Part shown: piece by piece, positions 19,276-28,715 of the stretch
Position numbering within the stretch: position 1 is the stretch's first letter
How the letters are laid out: each line of letters opens with the position of its first letter
Virus record (IMG/VR): IMGVR_UViG_3300036781_000418
Coordinates: 1 to 64,000 of that record
Strand: one strand, 5' to 3'
Length of the DNA stretch: 64,000 nucleotides
Program-made: the position numbers and the translations under genes
Notes under the pieces: model-generated
What the model saw: the letters and a program-made list of their open reading frames with translations, nothing else
Database searches by the model: none
Told to the model about the DNA's origin: nothing

Positions 19276-19761
19276 ATGTACATCTTGAGTGACCCAATCT
19301 CCGAGAAGTTCTCGGAGAAGGATCGTAAGGCGCTAGTCGACGGCCTTGAGCACATGAACACGCTGTCGAACCCTTCAATTCGAATTGAAGGCATCGAGCG
19401 GATCGATGACGTGTCCAACTTGTCCGTCATCAACACGGTCCTGCGTGTGGCCAACACCCTCCACAGCGTGGTGGGTTCGTCGAACGACGAGATTCGCAAG
19501 CTCGAGCAGAAGCTGCTTGACACGCTTGAGGAGACCATCTCCTTGAACCTGCAGGTGCGTGACCTCACGGACGACCTGCGCTTCATGAAGCAGGACCCAA
19601 ACATCAACTCGGACGCGCTCAACGCCGTGATCAACGTGGCGTTGGCCTACGGTACTGAGGGCACCACCGACGGCGACGATGACACGGTCATCATCTTCTC
19701 CAAGGCGAGCCTGAAGGCGGCGGTCTCGGACGCGATCTTCTCGTACAACAACTACGAGTAA
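19276..19761 (+). CDS. hypothetical protein (coiled coil)
   Basis: AGGAG RBS; TAAATA at 19247-19252. Confidence 0.75.
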   Translation: MYILSDPISEKFSEKDRKALVDGLEHMNTLSNPSIRIEGIERIDDVSNLSVINTVLRVANTLHSVVGSSNDEIRKLEQKLLDTLEETISLNLQVRDLTDDLRFMKQDPNINSDALNAVINVALAYGTEGTTDGDDDTVIIFSKASLKAAVSDAIFSYNNYE

Positions 19762-19773
19762 GGCCTGGAGGCC

Positions 19774-19835
19774 GTTACAATTCTCTTGGACGGTTACAAT
19801 TCTCTTCAACCTTTTTCTCGAGAATGAGCTAGAAT
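19774..19835 (+). promoter_or_regulatory. 14-bp direct repeat plus sigma70-like -10
   Basis: GTTACAATTCTCTT at 19774 and 19793; TAGAAT at 19830. Confidence 0.55.
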
Positions 19836-19859
19836 TCACTCATGCCAACCAAACCATGA

Positions 19860-20984
19860 GTGAACATCATGCCGAAAGTTTCGAAGAAGCCAGCCGCTCC
19901 CGCAGTCGAAGAAGTTGAGGTTACCGCCGCTCCGAACGTCCTGACGCCGCCCTTGGCCGACGACGAAGCCGCCGTGATCTGGAACGAAGGTGCGCAGCGC
20001 TTTCAAGCTGTGACGAGTCGCGGTGCTATCGTGGCTGAAGGCCGCGAGAAGCAGTACATCTGGGCCGTGATCCCCGCCACGAGCAAGAAGGCCCAGCGCC
20101 TCGGCATCACGAAGCTTCGTGACTGCACCGGCATGACGGCTGACGGCACACAGATCAACCCCCTCTTGAACGCCTCGCCGATCACGATGGCCGCTGGTCA
20201 AGTCGTCGGCTACCGCATCGAAGATGAGTTCGCGATCAACGAGCGCTTCGAGATCCTCACCGACTACGTCGACATGGTCGCTCGCAAGAAGCAAGTCGGC
20301 TGCGTCGTTACGGGTTCCGGTGGTCTTGGTAAGACCCACACGGTCCTCGCCACCCTCCGCCACGCTGGTGTGAAGGACGTCACCGACGTCGAACTCGAAA
20401 AGCGGATCGCGATGGAGAACGCCTTCATCGTCGTCAAGGGTTACTCCACGCCCAAGGCGTTGTACCGCACCCTCTTCGAGAACAAGAACAAGATCGTGGT
20501 CTTCGACGACTGCGACTCCATCCTCCGCGACCCCACCGCGATCAACGTGCTCAAGGCCGCCTTGGACTCCTACGAAGTGCGCCGGGTCTCGTGGAACACC
20601 GAAGGCTTCGGCTCCGCCGACGACCTCCCCTCGACCTTCGTCTTTGAAGGTGGTGTGATCTTCATCACCAACTACGCGATCACCAAGGTGCCGCAGCCCA
20701 TCCGCTCGCGCGCTCCCTGCGCCGACGTGACGATGACCCACGACGAGGTGATCGAACGGATGCGCACCATCGTGGCGTCGGAGGAGTTCCTCCCCGAGTT
20801 CCCGATGGACCTCAAGCTCGAGGCCCTCGAGTTCGTCGCCGGGCACGCTCACCACCCCTTGGTCAAGGTGCTCAACCTCCGCTCGCTCATCAACACCACC
20901 CGCACCGCCGCCGCGAAGCCCGATTCCTGGAAGCGTGTCGCGCTGTACGACCTCGCCAGCAACTCGGTTGGCTACACGCAGTAA
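19860..20984 (+). CDS. AAA-family ATPase
   Basis: Walker A GSGGLGKT, Walker B IVVFDDCD, IFITN sensor, RSR arginine finger; start may be 19869. Confidence 0.85.
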   Translation: MNIMPKVSKKPAAPAVEEVEVTAAPNVLTPPLADDEAAVIWNEGAQRFQAVTSRGAIVAEGREKQYIWAVIPATSKKAQRLGITKLRDCTGMTADGTQINPLLNASPITMAAGQVVGYRIEDEFAINERFEILTDYVDMVARKKQVGCVVTGSGGLGKTHTVLATLRHAGVKDVTDVELEKRIAMENAFIVVKGYSTPKALYRTLFENKNKIVVFDDCDSILRDPTAINVLKAALDSYEVRRVSWNTEGFGSADDLPSTFVFEGGVIFITNYAITKVPQPIRSRAPCADVTMTHDEVIERMRTIVASEEFLPEFPMDLKLEALEFVAGHAHHPLVKVLNLRSLINTTRTAAAKPDSWKRVALYDLASNSVGYTQ

Positions 20985-20993
20985 GCACCATAC

Positions 20994-21016
20994 GGCGACA
21001 CGAGAGGTCGCCGGTT
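20994..21016 (+). repeat. GGCGACACGAG-family intergenic repeat
   Basis: GGCGACACGAGAGGTCGCCGGTT identical to 10675-10697. Confidence 0.85.
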
Positions 21017-21038
21017 CCCTCAACTTAGGAGCCTCAAC

Positions 21039-21575
21039 ATGCTATTCATCGGTTCACCTGACCACCCTGGCAAGGTCCTGGGACGAGTCAAACTTGGCAT
21101 CTTCGAGTTCATCTACCCGAGCATGATCATGGCGGGTCTCCACCGCGAGGTCTACCAGTGCCCGCAAAGTCTCGACGAGGCGTTCGTCGAAATGGAGTAC
21201 CTGAAACTCAAGCTGCAGAACCCCTTCAAGCAGCTCCACATCCTCCGCTACGGCATCGTCGGTGAGCCCATCACCGAGAGCCTGGTGGGTGCGTGGACGC
21301 ACTTGACCGAGGACCAGTTCGCCGCGAAGCTCCTCGGTGGAGAGGACATGGACTACAACCCCGTCACGCGTGAGGCCGCTCGGCGCCGTCTGAAAGAAGA
21401 GCAGGACGCCGAGCTGCGCCTGTACCCCGTCGCCGTCGCGGCACGGCTCACACCCCCAGTTCCCGAACCGAAGCCTGAAGTTGGAGTCTTCGGCGAGAAG
21501 CTGCCGTTCTGGCAGGAAGTTGGCTTGGCCATCGGCGCCATCATCGGCCTGAAGGCCATTACCAGGAAAGACTGA
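21039..21575 (+). CDS. hypothetical protein with C-terminal membrane anchor
   Basis: AGGAG RBS; hydrophobic tail. Confidence 0.7.
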   Translation: MLFIGSPDHPGKVLGRVKLGIFEFIYPSMIMAGLHREVYQCPQSLDEAFVEMEYLKLKLQNPFKQLHILRYGIVGEPITESLVGAWTHLTEDQFAAKLLGGEDMDYNPVTREAARRRLKEEQDAELRLYPVAVAARLTPPVPEPKPEVGVFGEKLPFWQEVGLAIGAIIGLKAITRKD

Positions 21576-21587
21576 AAGGAGCACACC

Positions 21588-21962
21588 GTGCAATATCAAC
21601 TCATGGGAAGTTCAAGTTACTTCGTTGGCGATCCCACCAACGTCATGACGGGTGAGGCGGTGACGCACCTCCTGCGGGCCGCGAAAGCGAGCCTCGTCGA
21701 GTACCAAGACGGCGTCATCCCCGTCGGCGGGCTGAACCTCTGGCTGGTTCGACTGCCCGAACACGACACGGCCTTCGAAGACCAGAACGGTGTGGGCTAC
21801 TCCACCGACTCCGGCCTCTTCGCCGTCGTGCCGATGGAGATGATCGACGAGCCGTCGGGCGAGGAGTTCGGCACGATGCTGCAGTCCCGCGTCATCAACA
21901 TCTCGTACATGAACGGAAACCTGCTGGTGAACGACATCAGCATCGTGTTCAAGGACTCCTGA
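21588..21962 (+). CDS. hypothetical protein, paralog of 22034
   Basis: YFVGDP..DSGLFAVVP; AGGAG RBS before GTG. Confidence 0.7.
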   Translation: MQYQLMGSSSYFVGDPTNVMTGEAVTHLLRAAKASLVEYQDGVIPVGGLNLWLVRLPEHDTAFEDQNGVGYSTDSGLFAVVPMEMIDEPSGEEFGTMLQSRVINISYMNGNLLVNDISIVFKDS

Positions 21963-22033
21963 TCCCAAGATTGAGTTCACACGGCTGGCAGGCTGTCTAG
22001 AATAGGGAGCAAGTTAACTACTTGCTCCCTTTC

Positions 22034-22459
22034 ATGCGCTCCACCATGCTCCCACCGGACACCTACTTCATCGGTGATCCAATCTTCGCGCTCTCCAACG
22101 AGCACCTCACGGAACTCTCCAGTCAGCTTGGTCGTCGGTCGTCGGCCGAGTTTGAGATCGATGGCCACCAAGGCTGGTGTGCCGTCACGCCGACCGAGGA
22201 GATGACCGCCACCTCCACAGGCGTCCTCTATGAGATCCAGTCGGGACGACTGGCCGTGATCCCGTCCGCCCTCGTCAAGGAAGACGACGAGCTCGAAGTC
22301 GAGCTTGACGACGTTGGCGACATCAAGATGTACAAGCGTGTCTTCACGTGCGAGGAGACGCCCACCACGTTGATGGTTGGCCGCACATCCATCTCGCTCG
22401 AGGCGACGGGCGACGATGACGAGCTCGACGAAGAGCTCGATTATGTCGACTTCGACTAA
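22034..22459 (+). CDS. hypothetical protein, paralog of 21588
   Basis: YFIGDP..QSGRLAVIP; GTTCAC-N17-TAGAAT upstream. Confidence 0.7.
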   Translation: MRSTMLPPDTYFIGDPIFALSNEHLTELSSQLGRRSSAEFEIDGHQGWCAVTPTEEMTATSTGVLYEIQSGRLAVIPSALVKEDDELEVELDDVGDIKMYKRVFTCEETPTTLMVGRTSISLEATGDDDELDEELDYVDFD

Positions 22460-22486
22460 ATACGAAAAGTCGTTAAGAGAGTCCAC

Positions 22487-22924
22487 ATGTCCTCACTCGA
22501 ACAGCAGTACCGTACGACCCTCCATGAGGTGGACGACGCCTTGGGTATTCTAGTGAGGAATCAAAACGCGCTGCTCGACGCGGTGGACCTCTATCAAGCT
22601 CGCATCGGAACCCGCTGCAGCTCCGAGCGGTTCGTGACACGCGAGCTGATCCGTACGATCAACATCATCGCGTCCCTCCCACATCAGCTCGCTGGTCAGG
22701 TCTACGAGTGGAAGCTTGGCATGATCCCCACCATCTCCTCAACGGGCTTCAAGCAGACCGTGTTGGATGAACTCCTAATCAACTTTTCGATCGTTGACGG
22801 GTTCATGAAGCGGGAGAAGGTGCCGATGCCGGAATTCAGCCTGGTCGCCGTTCAGCACGCCTTTACCGTGATCGTGAAGGCGAACGCCCTGTTCGGTAAG
22901 TTTGCCGGAGAACCGATCCCGTAA
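22487..22924 (+). CDS. hypothetical protein
   Basis: TAAATA at 22457-22462 upstream. Confidence 0.7.
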   Translation: MSSLEQQYRTTLHEVDDALGILVRNQNALLDAVDLYQARIGTRCSSERFVTRELIRTINIIASLPHQLAGQVYEWKLGMIPTISSTGFKQTVLDELLINFSIVDGFMKREKVPMPEFSLVAVQHAFTVIVKANALFGKFAGEPIP

Positions 22925-22940
22925 CTGTCGTTACACTTTA

Positions 22941-22971
22941 GTTTACCTGGAAAATCCGGTTTGGCTATAAT
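22941..22971 (+). promoter_or_regulatory. sigma70-type early promoter
   Basis: GTTTACC..TATAAT, preceded by GTAAC-TGTC-GTTAC. Confidence 0.65.
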
Positions 22972-23003
22972 GCACCTACGCCAACCAACCTGAGGTGAAC
23001 ACC

Positions 23004-23093
23004 ATGTTCGAAGTTCTGAAAGCCGGATATGAAGTCGCCAAGCTCGACGTCAAGCTGGCCATCAACGCCCTGCAAATCTTCTGGTACTCCTGA
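23004..23093 (+). CDS. 29-aa small protein (not in ORF track)
   Basis: GAGGTG RBS; MFEVLKAGYEVAKLDVKLAINALQIFWYS; directly after the promoter. Confidence 0.6.
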   Translation: MFEVLKAGYEVAKLDVKLAINALQIFWYS

Positions 23094-23095
23094 TC

Positions 23096-23329
23096 ATGGC
23101 TACCAACACCATGAACTTCCAGCAGATCCTGCGTGCTGAAGGCGCCGGTCTGGTGCTGACCAATGCCACACCGGAAGTCGTCGAGTCGCTCAAGCCTCAC
23201 CTGGAAGCTTCGGCTGAACCAAAGGCCATGGAGTTGTACGAGAAGCTGAAGGCGAACGCCGAGGCAAGTCGCGCTCTCAGTGCACTGATCATCGAGCTGG
23301 CTGCAAAGTACGACGCCAAACTGTACTGA
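23096..23329 (+). CDS. hypothetical protein
   Basis: Packed early operon. Confidence 0.7.
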   Translation: MATNTMNFQQILRAEGAGLVLTNATPEVVESLKPHLEASAEPKAMELYEKLKANAEASRALSALIIELAAKYDAKLY

Positions 23330-23331
23330 TC

Positions 23332-23508
23332 ATGCACATACGAGTAAAGTTCGTCCTGCACATGATCATCAACTTGATCAAGGTGAACATGGAGTTCAAG
23401 GACGACGATGAAGCGATTCAGGTCGCCAAGGCCCTACGCGAAGCCGGATTTCCGGTGAAGCTGATGCGGGTTACCGAGGACGTGAAGAGCGAAGACGTCA
23501 AGTTCTAA
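23332..23508 (+). CDS. 58-aa hypothetical protein (not in ORF track)
   Basis: Same TGATCATG junction as the preceding gene pair. Confidence 0.6.
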   Translation: MHIRVKFVLHMIINLIKVNMEFKDDDEAIQVAKALREAGFPVKLMRVTEDVKSEDVKF

Positions 23509-23523
23509 AATCCGAACGAAAGC

Positions 23524-23622
23524 ATTCGAGGACCGCAAGGTCCTCGAATCGTTTGCGGCGACGATAGGCGACGCCGGTTGAACCTGAGCTTGCATACCAA
23601 AAGAGGGACCGCAAGGTCCCTC
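23524..23622. terminator. two GGACC-GCAA-GGTCC hairpins between convergent genes
   Basis: 23524-23549 and 23603-23622, with a degenerate TAGGCGAC..GCCGGTTG repeat between them. Confidence 0.7.
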
Positions 23623-23652
23623 AGTCGCATCCGGTGGCCCGGTCAGGCGTGC

Positions 23653-24690
23653 TTAAGTTGAAGCGCGCGTGAACATGTTGAACATCTGCTTGGTCACGCC
23701 GATCTTGCGCATGGCCTGCTGAATCTGCTCATAGGACTCGTAGTCCTCGCGGAAACCGTCGAGCTTGTTCAGGAAGTTCATGAACTTCGTCATACCAGCT
23801 CCACCGCCACCACCAAGGAAAAAGTCCTCAACAGCGCGCTGGCCGACGTTGGCACCGAGTTCGGCCAGCTTTGGCATGACGACGTCGCGGATCTTCTCAC
23901 GTGCGAGCTGATGGACGTCCTTCTTCATCTCTTCCAGCTCAAAGCTTTCAGCCATCGTGCTGTCCGACTTTTCAGCTGGAGCTGACGAAGCGCCGATCTC
24001 ACCAGCACCAACGAACACGGTGTTCAAGTCGGCTTGATCTTCATCGTTGGCGACCATCACCAAGACGTCGTCCTTCTTCATGAAGGTAAAGCCCTTGTAC
24101 GAACGGACCTTCTCAAAGTCGGCTTCCTTGAAGTCCTTCATCTCTGGCGCGCTTGGGTTGCGAACGCCGAGCTTACGCATGATGCGGGTGTATTCAGGCT
24201 TGAAGCTGTTGACCGCGTAGGTGTAGACCTTGTCCTGTGGAACCTTCCAGCCCATGATGCGGAGCGCGGAACGGAACAGGTTAACGACTTCAGGGAAATC
24301 GTTGATCGAGCTGGCTTCTTCGATGTCCGTTAGCAGGGCGCGACGAGCGTGGCGGAAGCCTTCGTTCAGCTTACCTTCGTCCATGTTGCCAACCCAATCG
24401 CGTTCAGCACTGCGGCCGGACGCGGCTTGCGAACGCATCGTCATGGAACCACGTTCCATTGGATCGAAGCCACCGTTCTTCTCGTCCTGTTCGGCCTTCT
24501 TGGCGGCGCTCCACTTCTTGTCGAGCTTTTTCTTCGCGTCTTCGCGCTTCTTCTTCAACGCTTCTCGTTCAGCACGAAGCTTCTCGATCTTGTCGTTGTT
24601 CTTGAACATACCGAAGATCTCATTGAGCTCCTCTTCGGTCGTTGCCTCAGCCATGATGCGGTTGTAGGTCTTGAATGACAGTTTTGACAT
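23653..24690 (-). CDS. putative internal head protein
   Basis: MSKLSFKTYNRIMAE leader; several L/MxE sites (LNE, MAE, LEE); TAAATA at 24717-24722 on minus. Confidence 0.65.
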   Translation of the reverse strand: MSKLSFKTYNRIMAEATTEEELNEIFGMFKNNDKIEKLRAEREALKKKREDAKKKLDKKWSAAKKAEQDEKNGGFDPMERGSMTMRSQAASGRSAERDWVGNMDEGKLNEGFRHARRALLTDIEEASSINDFPEVVNLFRSALRIMGWKVPQDKVYTYAVNSFKPEYTRIMRKLGVRNPSAPEMKDFKEADFEKVRSYKGFTFMKKDDVLVMVANDEDQADLNTVFVGAGEIGASSAPAEKSDSTMAESFELEEMKKDVHQLAREKIRDVVMPKLAELGANVGQRAVEDFFLGGGGGAGMTKFMNFLNKLDGFREDYESYEQIQQAMRKIGVTKQMFNMFTRAST

Positions 24691-24750
24691 GGTGCAAGGT
24701 TGCAGATGTGATTGCTTATTTAGCATGACTCGCAGCTGAACCAGCATTTT

Positions 24751-24780
24751 GGATGCCAAGACCAGCCCGGCAGCTACAAT
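24751..24780 (+). promoter_or_regulatory. putative middle promoter GGATGC-N18-TACAAT
   Basis: Same motif and spacing at 29157, 32511 and 38077. Confidence 0.65.
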
Positions 24781-24808
24781 CAACGTTGAAATACACATAA
24801 GGTCGTCT

Positions 24809-25408
24809 ATGATCATTGGAATTAGTGGCCCGCAGGGCAGTGGCAAGACCACCGTCCTCGCCGCCCTGGAACAACGAGGTTGGAAGCTGGATCCCTACAA
24901 GGCGTCCCGCCAGGTTCAAGCTCAGCTCGAGGTGTTGAACTTGCTCGACGCCATCAAGACCCCCGAGGGCATGAAGATGTTCCAAGGGCTGGTGTTGGAG
25001 CAAAAGTGCCGGAACCTTGAGCTCATGCAACGCCAGCTGCAGGACGGTGAGCACCTCCTGACCGAACGCAGCTTCGCCGACATCGCGGCCTACGCCCAGC
25101 TCTGGTCGTTTGAGCTGGTGGACCAGCGGCGCTGGTCGTTCAGCGAGGCCATGGCGTTCAACATCGAGTTCTCGATGCGGTGCTACACGATGCAGGAAAA
25201 GTGGTTCGACCGCGTGATTCACCTGCCACGCATGCCGCACATCGTCGAGGAGAACGATCCACACCGGGCGCCAGCCAAGATGGTGGACTTCATCGACGAG
25301 CAGCTCCAGTCCTTCTACAAGCTGCAGGACCGCACCGCCACGCGCGTCATCTCGGCCCTCACGGTGGAAGACCGTGCCGACCAAATCGAATACTTCATCA
25401 ACCTCTGA
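24809..25408 (+). CDS. P-loop nucleoside/nucleotide kinase-like protein
   Basis: MIIGISGPQGSGKTT; ERS..D motif of dNMP kinase/AAA_28-type proteins. Confidence 0.75.
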   Translation: MIIGISGPQGSGKTTVLAALEQRGWKLDPYKASRQVQAQLEVLNLLDAIKTPEGMKMFQGLVLEQKCRNLELMQRQLQDGEHLLTERSFADIAAYAQLWSFELVDQRRWSFSEAMAFNIEFSMRCYTMQEKWFDRVIHLPRMPHIVEENDPHRAPAKMVDFIDEQLQSFYKLQDRTATRVISALTVEDRADQIEYFINL

Positions 25409-25410
25409 TC

Positions 25411-26031
25411 ATGGCCTACACCAAAACCTACTCCAAGTTCCATCCCGGTAAGTACGGACTGCTGATCGACTGGGAGACGACCGGCGCTGAGTTTGGCACA
25501 GACAGCTCCAAGCGTTTCCAAGGCATCGCCTTCGGGGCGATCATCTTCAACACCTCGACCTTCGAGGAAGTCGAGTCCATCTACCGTGAGGTCCAATACG
25601 ACGCCACGAAGTACGAGTGGACCGAGACCGCGGAGAAGATCCACGGCCTGTCGCGTGAGCACTTGGCCGCGAACGGCGTCACCCGTGAACAGGCCTGCGT
25701 CGACCTCTTCACGCTGATCCTCAAGTACATCGGGGCTGGCAACAAGGTGCTGTTGGCCGGCCACAACTGCGGCTTTGACGCGGACTTCACCAACCAGCTC
25801 GCGACGGACCATGGCATCGACCTGGTGCTTCACCACGTGATGCTGGACTCGTCGAGCCTCGCGTTCGCCCTTATCACGGAGTACAAGTCGGACGTCGTGT
25901 TCGAGCTGCTGGGCGGCATCGACAAGCGTGGCTTGCACAACGCCCTTGAGGACGCTCGTGCCTCGCTCGCCGTCTTCCGCAACGCGCGCCAGATCTTCGA
26001 GAAGGGCCTGTTCGCCGAGGTGAAGTCATGA
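25411..26031 (+). CDS. DEDDh 3'-5' exonuclease (DnaQ-like)
   Basis: DWETTG, HN..FD, HNALEDA. Confidence 0.9.
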   Translation: MAYTKTYSKFHPGKYGLLIDWETTGAEFGTDSSKRFQGIAFGAIIFNTSTFEEVESIYREVQYDATKYEWTETAEKIHGLSREHLAANGVTREQACVDLFTLILKYIGAGNKVLLAGHNCGFDADFTNQLATDHGIDLVLHHVMLDSSSLAFALITEYKSDVVFELLGGIDKRGLHNALEDARASLAVFRNARQIFEKGLFAEVKS

Positions 26032-26348
26032 TCGAGATTATGCAGGTCAGCAAGTGGGTTACCCTACGGCCAGGTGAGTGCTGGTACGCCAAGCTGCCAG
26101 GCAAGACTCAGGTGAGCCGCGTTATTGTGCGCGAGCTCACCAAGGTCACCGTGCTGGTCGAGGTTCTCTATGAGGAACACGGCGACATGTCGCAGTTTGG
26201 ATTCCAGCTGCCAGTCCAGCTTAACCGCTACATAGCAGATGCCGTGGGCTGGCTTGAACAGCTTGATCCACCACCTCCAAGACCTGATCCTGATCCACAA
26301 CCTTGGTGTACCGACCAGGAACAGTCACCGACCACCGCAGTAGAATGA
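26028..26348 (+). CDS. hypothetical protein
   Basis: ATGA overlap; GAGGTG RBS. Confidence 0.6.
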   Translation: MIEIMQVSKWVTLRPGECWYAKLPGKTQVSRVIVRELTKVTVLVEVLYEEHGDMSQFGFQLPVQLNRYIADAVGWLEQLDPPPPRPDPDPQPWCTDQEQSPTTAVE

Positions 26349-26354
26349 GCTTAC

Positions 26355-26567
26355 GTGACCGACACAACGTACATCCTTGAAGATATTGAAGTGAAGCGCA
26401 CGGGGCGCATTGCCAAAAAGCAACGCCGCCAAATTGTCGGTCGACCTGCCATTCCAGATGAGGTCCTCGTTGAGGTGACGCCAGTCGCGATCAACGAAGG
26501 CAACTGGAAGAAATGGGTTCCTGAAGCCAGTCTATTTGAGGTGATCAACGATGATTCTGTCAAGTGA
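26355..26567 (+). CDS. hypothetical protein
   Basis: Packed operon. Confidence 0.6.
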   Translation: MTDTTYILEDIEVKRTGRIAKKQRRQIVGRPAIPDEVLVEVTPVAINEGNWKKWVPEASLFEVINDDSVK

Positions 26568-26838
26568 AGATCCGAAGCCACGCGTGTCCTGGAACGCCAA
26601 GCAGTTAATCGACATGAAGCCGCTCAAGGCAATAACCTACTGGGCGCCGTCAACATTGCCCAAGACCGGCACCGTGTCCTTCGTGCAGTCAAAGCAACGC
26701 GCTAATCGTGGCACGACGGAAGTCGTCGTCTTAGACCTTGAAAACTTGAGCTTCGCCAAGCGGTACAAGGGGCCACGGGAGAATTCAGCCCATACCTGCC
26801 CTATCTGTGAGCGGGAGAAGTTCCACGGTCGAGGTTGA
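26551..26838 (+). CDS. hypothetical protein
   Basis: GAGGTG RBS; C-terminal CxxC. Confidence 0.5.
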   Translation: MILSSEDPKPRVSWNAKQLIDMKPLKAITYWAPSTLPKTGTVSFVQSKQRANRGTTEVVVLDLENLSFAKRYKGPRENSAHTCPICEREKFHGRG

Positions 26839-26840
26839 AG

Positions 26841-27140
26841 ATGCGCTACACCGTCATCTCCAACGTCCAGCTGTTTCTCCTTGCCATCCTGATTGGCCTG
26901 TTTTCGGCGTCCGCGGTCGTGCTAAATAGCATGTACCTCAGCTATAAGCTGCTGCCGCAGGTCATCACCGACAAATCGGGCCAGTGTGTAAAGGTCGTGA
27001 ACTTCGAAAACGGTCACGCCTTCACCTGTCAAGACGTTGATGTTGTCCTGCGACAATATCGGAAACGTTTGGACAATGACAAAGAGATACACGCGCCTGA
27101 AGTGCACGGTCTGCAGCCGAGTGAAGGATCAGCTCAATGA
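26841..27140 (+). CDS. membrane-anchored hypothetical protein
   Basis: N-terminal TM segment; two Cys in the exported part. Confidence 0.6.
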   Translation: MRYTVISNVQLFLLAILIGLFSASAVVLNSMYLSYKLLPQVITDKSGQCVKVVNFENGHAFTCQDVDVVLRQYRKRLDNDKEIHAPEVHGLQPSEGSAQ

Positions 27141-28263
27141 TCTGGGTCACTACGTTCCTGACCAGTGCACCATCACGTACCAGTGCGAGGGCCGACTCTT
27201 CCCGATCGACTACGTCTCCAACGGATCGCCGATCCTAGACGTACCACCAGTTGGCGTGTCCAACTGGTACCCTCGCGGTTCCACCTTCTCGACCACGACG
27301 GCCGCACCAGCGCCCACGCTGGTCGACACGTCAACAGGCTCTACACAGCAGGTCATCGTGGCCCTGCCGTTCACCGGCACGGCATCACCGTACCCTGACG
27401 ACGCGATCCTACGCGTCACGCTCGGCTACCAAAGCCAGTCGTCACAGGCCTTCCTGCAGTACACGTACAAGCGGTCCAGCCCGTTCACCATCATCAACGG
27501 GGTTGAGGACGGCACCGGCAAGAAGGTGCTGCGCTACAACGTCACGGGTGGTGCTCCGGACTCCGTGGTCGTGTACATCAACGGCGTCAAACGCAACCAA
27601 GGCACGGCGTCGGATCAGTACCAACTCTACGACGGCACAGTTGGATCTCCTTGCCCACCAAACTCCGTCTACTTCAACTCCACCGTAACTGGCACGTCGA
27701 CGCAGGTGGACGTGGTCGTGACCAAGGCACCTGAAGCCTCCGAGGTCGTGTTCAACTTTACCAAGATGATCGACGACGAGTCGCGGGCCGGGACCGGTGC
27801 TTGGGAAGGTGTTGAGCATGTCCGCACGTTCAACGGCAACTGGATTCTCTCTGACCTGTTCTACCTGGACTTCAGCGAGTTCGTGCCACCAACTGACCAA
27901 CCACTACCACGTGACACCCCGTTGAACGTGGCGAAGGTCGAGCTGATCACCAACGTGACGACGCCCATCTCGTCGTCCACGGTGTCCATGCTGTTGAGCC
28001 GTGAGAAGCTCCACCTCACGCTTGACCGAATTAAGTCCAGCAACGTTGCGCTGTCCGTCTTTGACGGCCTCAGCAACTGGTTGGTCTGCAAGTTTATCGA
28101 TGATGTTCGAGTGCTGCTGTTTACCGAGGCGGCTGCTACCTCCGTGTTTCCACCGATGGAGGTGTTGAGGTTCTCACCAGAGGCCTTGGCAACTACCGGC
28201 TTGGGTGGTGACACGGACGCGACGCAGCTTGATAGTGACCTGATTGTAGGACCAGACTCATGA
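27076..28263 (+). CDS. putative virion structural (baseplate-type) protein
   Basis: N-terminal CxxC..C..C; beta-rich; VYINGV motif. Confidence 0.55.
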   Translation: MTKRYTRLKCTVCSRVKDQLNDLGHYVPDQCTITYQCEGRLFPIDYVSNGSPILDVPPVGVSNWYPRGSTFSTTTAAPAPTLVDTSTGSTQQVIVALPFTGTASPYPDDAILRVTLGYQSQSSQAFLQYTYKRSSPFTIINGVEDGTGKKVLRYNVTGGAPDSVVVYINGVKRNQGTASDQYQLYDGTVGSPCPPNSVYFNSTVTGTSTQVDVVVTKAPEASEVVFNFTKMIDDESRAGTGAWEGVEHVRTFNGNWILSDLFYLDFSEFVPPTDQPLPRDTPLNVAKVELITNVTTPISSSTVSMLLSREKLHLTLDRIKSSNVALSVFDGLSNWLVCKFIDDVRVLLFTEAAATSVFPPMEVLRFSPEALATTGLGGDTDATQLDSDLIVGPDS

Positions 28264-28715
28264 TTGAAGTTCCACCAAACACCACCTGCTACTACACCGT
28301 TAAGCTTCAGGGCGAGGCGATGTTGAGCACCCTACACGATCTGTTTCCCGTAAAGTCGGGCACCTTTGACCATGCGGTCGTGGTGTCCGTCGACATGGAC
28401 TCGGACATTGAGGCGACCAACGCGGTTGAACACGCAGGCGCCAACCTCATCGGCAGCAAGTGGAAGGACTCTCGGTCCTTCAACCCACTCTACCTGCCGA
28501 TGGAACGTGACAAGCTCGTCGAACAAGTCGAGACTGACACCGACGGCAACCTCGTCGCCGTCGGTCGCTTTGAAGATCCGTTCGAGACGTACTTCCTTGA
28601 ACGCGCCGAGCCAGAGTCGGTCAACGCCTTCACTGGCAAGGTTGTCTACCATGAGTTCAAGATTCCACACCCAATGGACGTCTCACAACCATGGCCACAG
28701 AGGTACTTGGCTTGA
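28260..28715 (+). CDS. hypothetical protein
   Basis: ATGA overlap. Confidence 0.65.
   Translation: MIEVPPNTTCYYTVKLQGEAMLSTLHDLFPVKSGTFDHAVVVSVDMDSDIEATNAVEHAGANLIGSKWKDSRSFNPLYLPMERDKLVEQVETDTDGNLVAVGRFEDPFETYFLERAEPESVNAFTGKVVYHEFKIPHPMDVSQPWPQRYLA

Noticed and set aside
24809-25408. Polynucleotide kinase partner of Rnl1
   Set aside because: A P-loop is present, but there is no phosphatase domain, and the motifs and context fit a nucleotide kinase better; cannot be assigned
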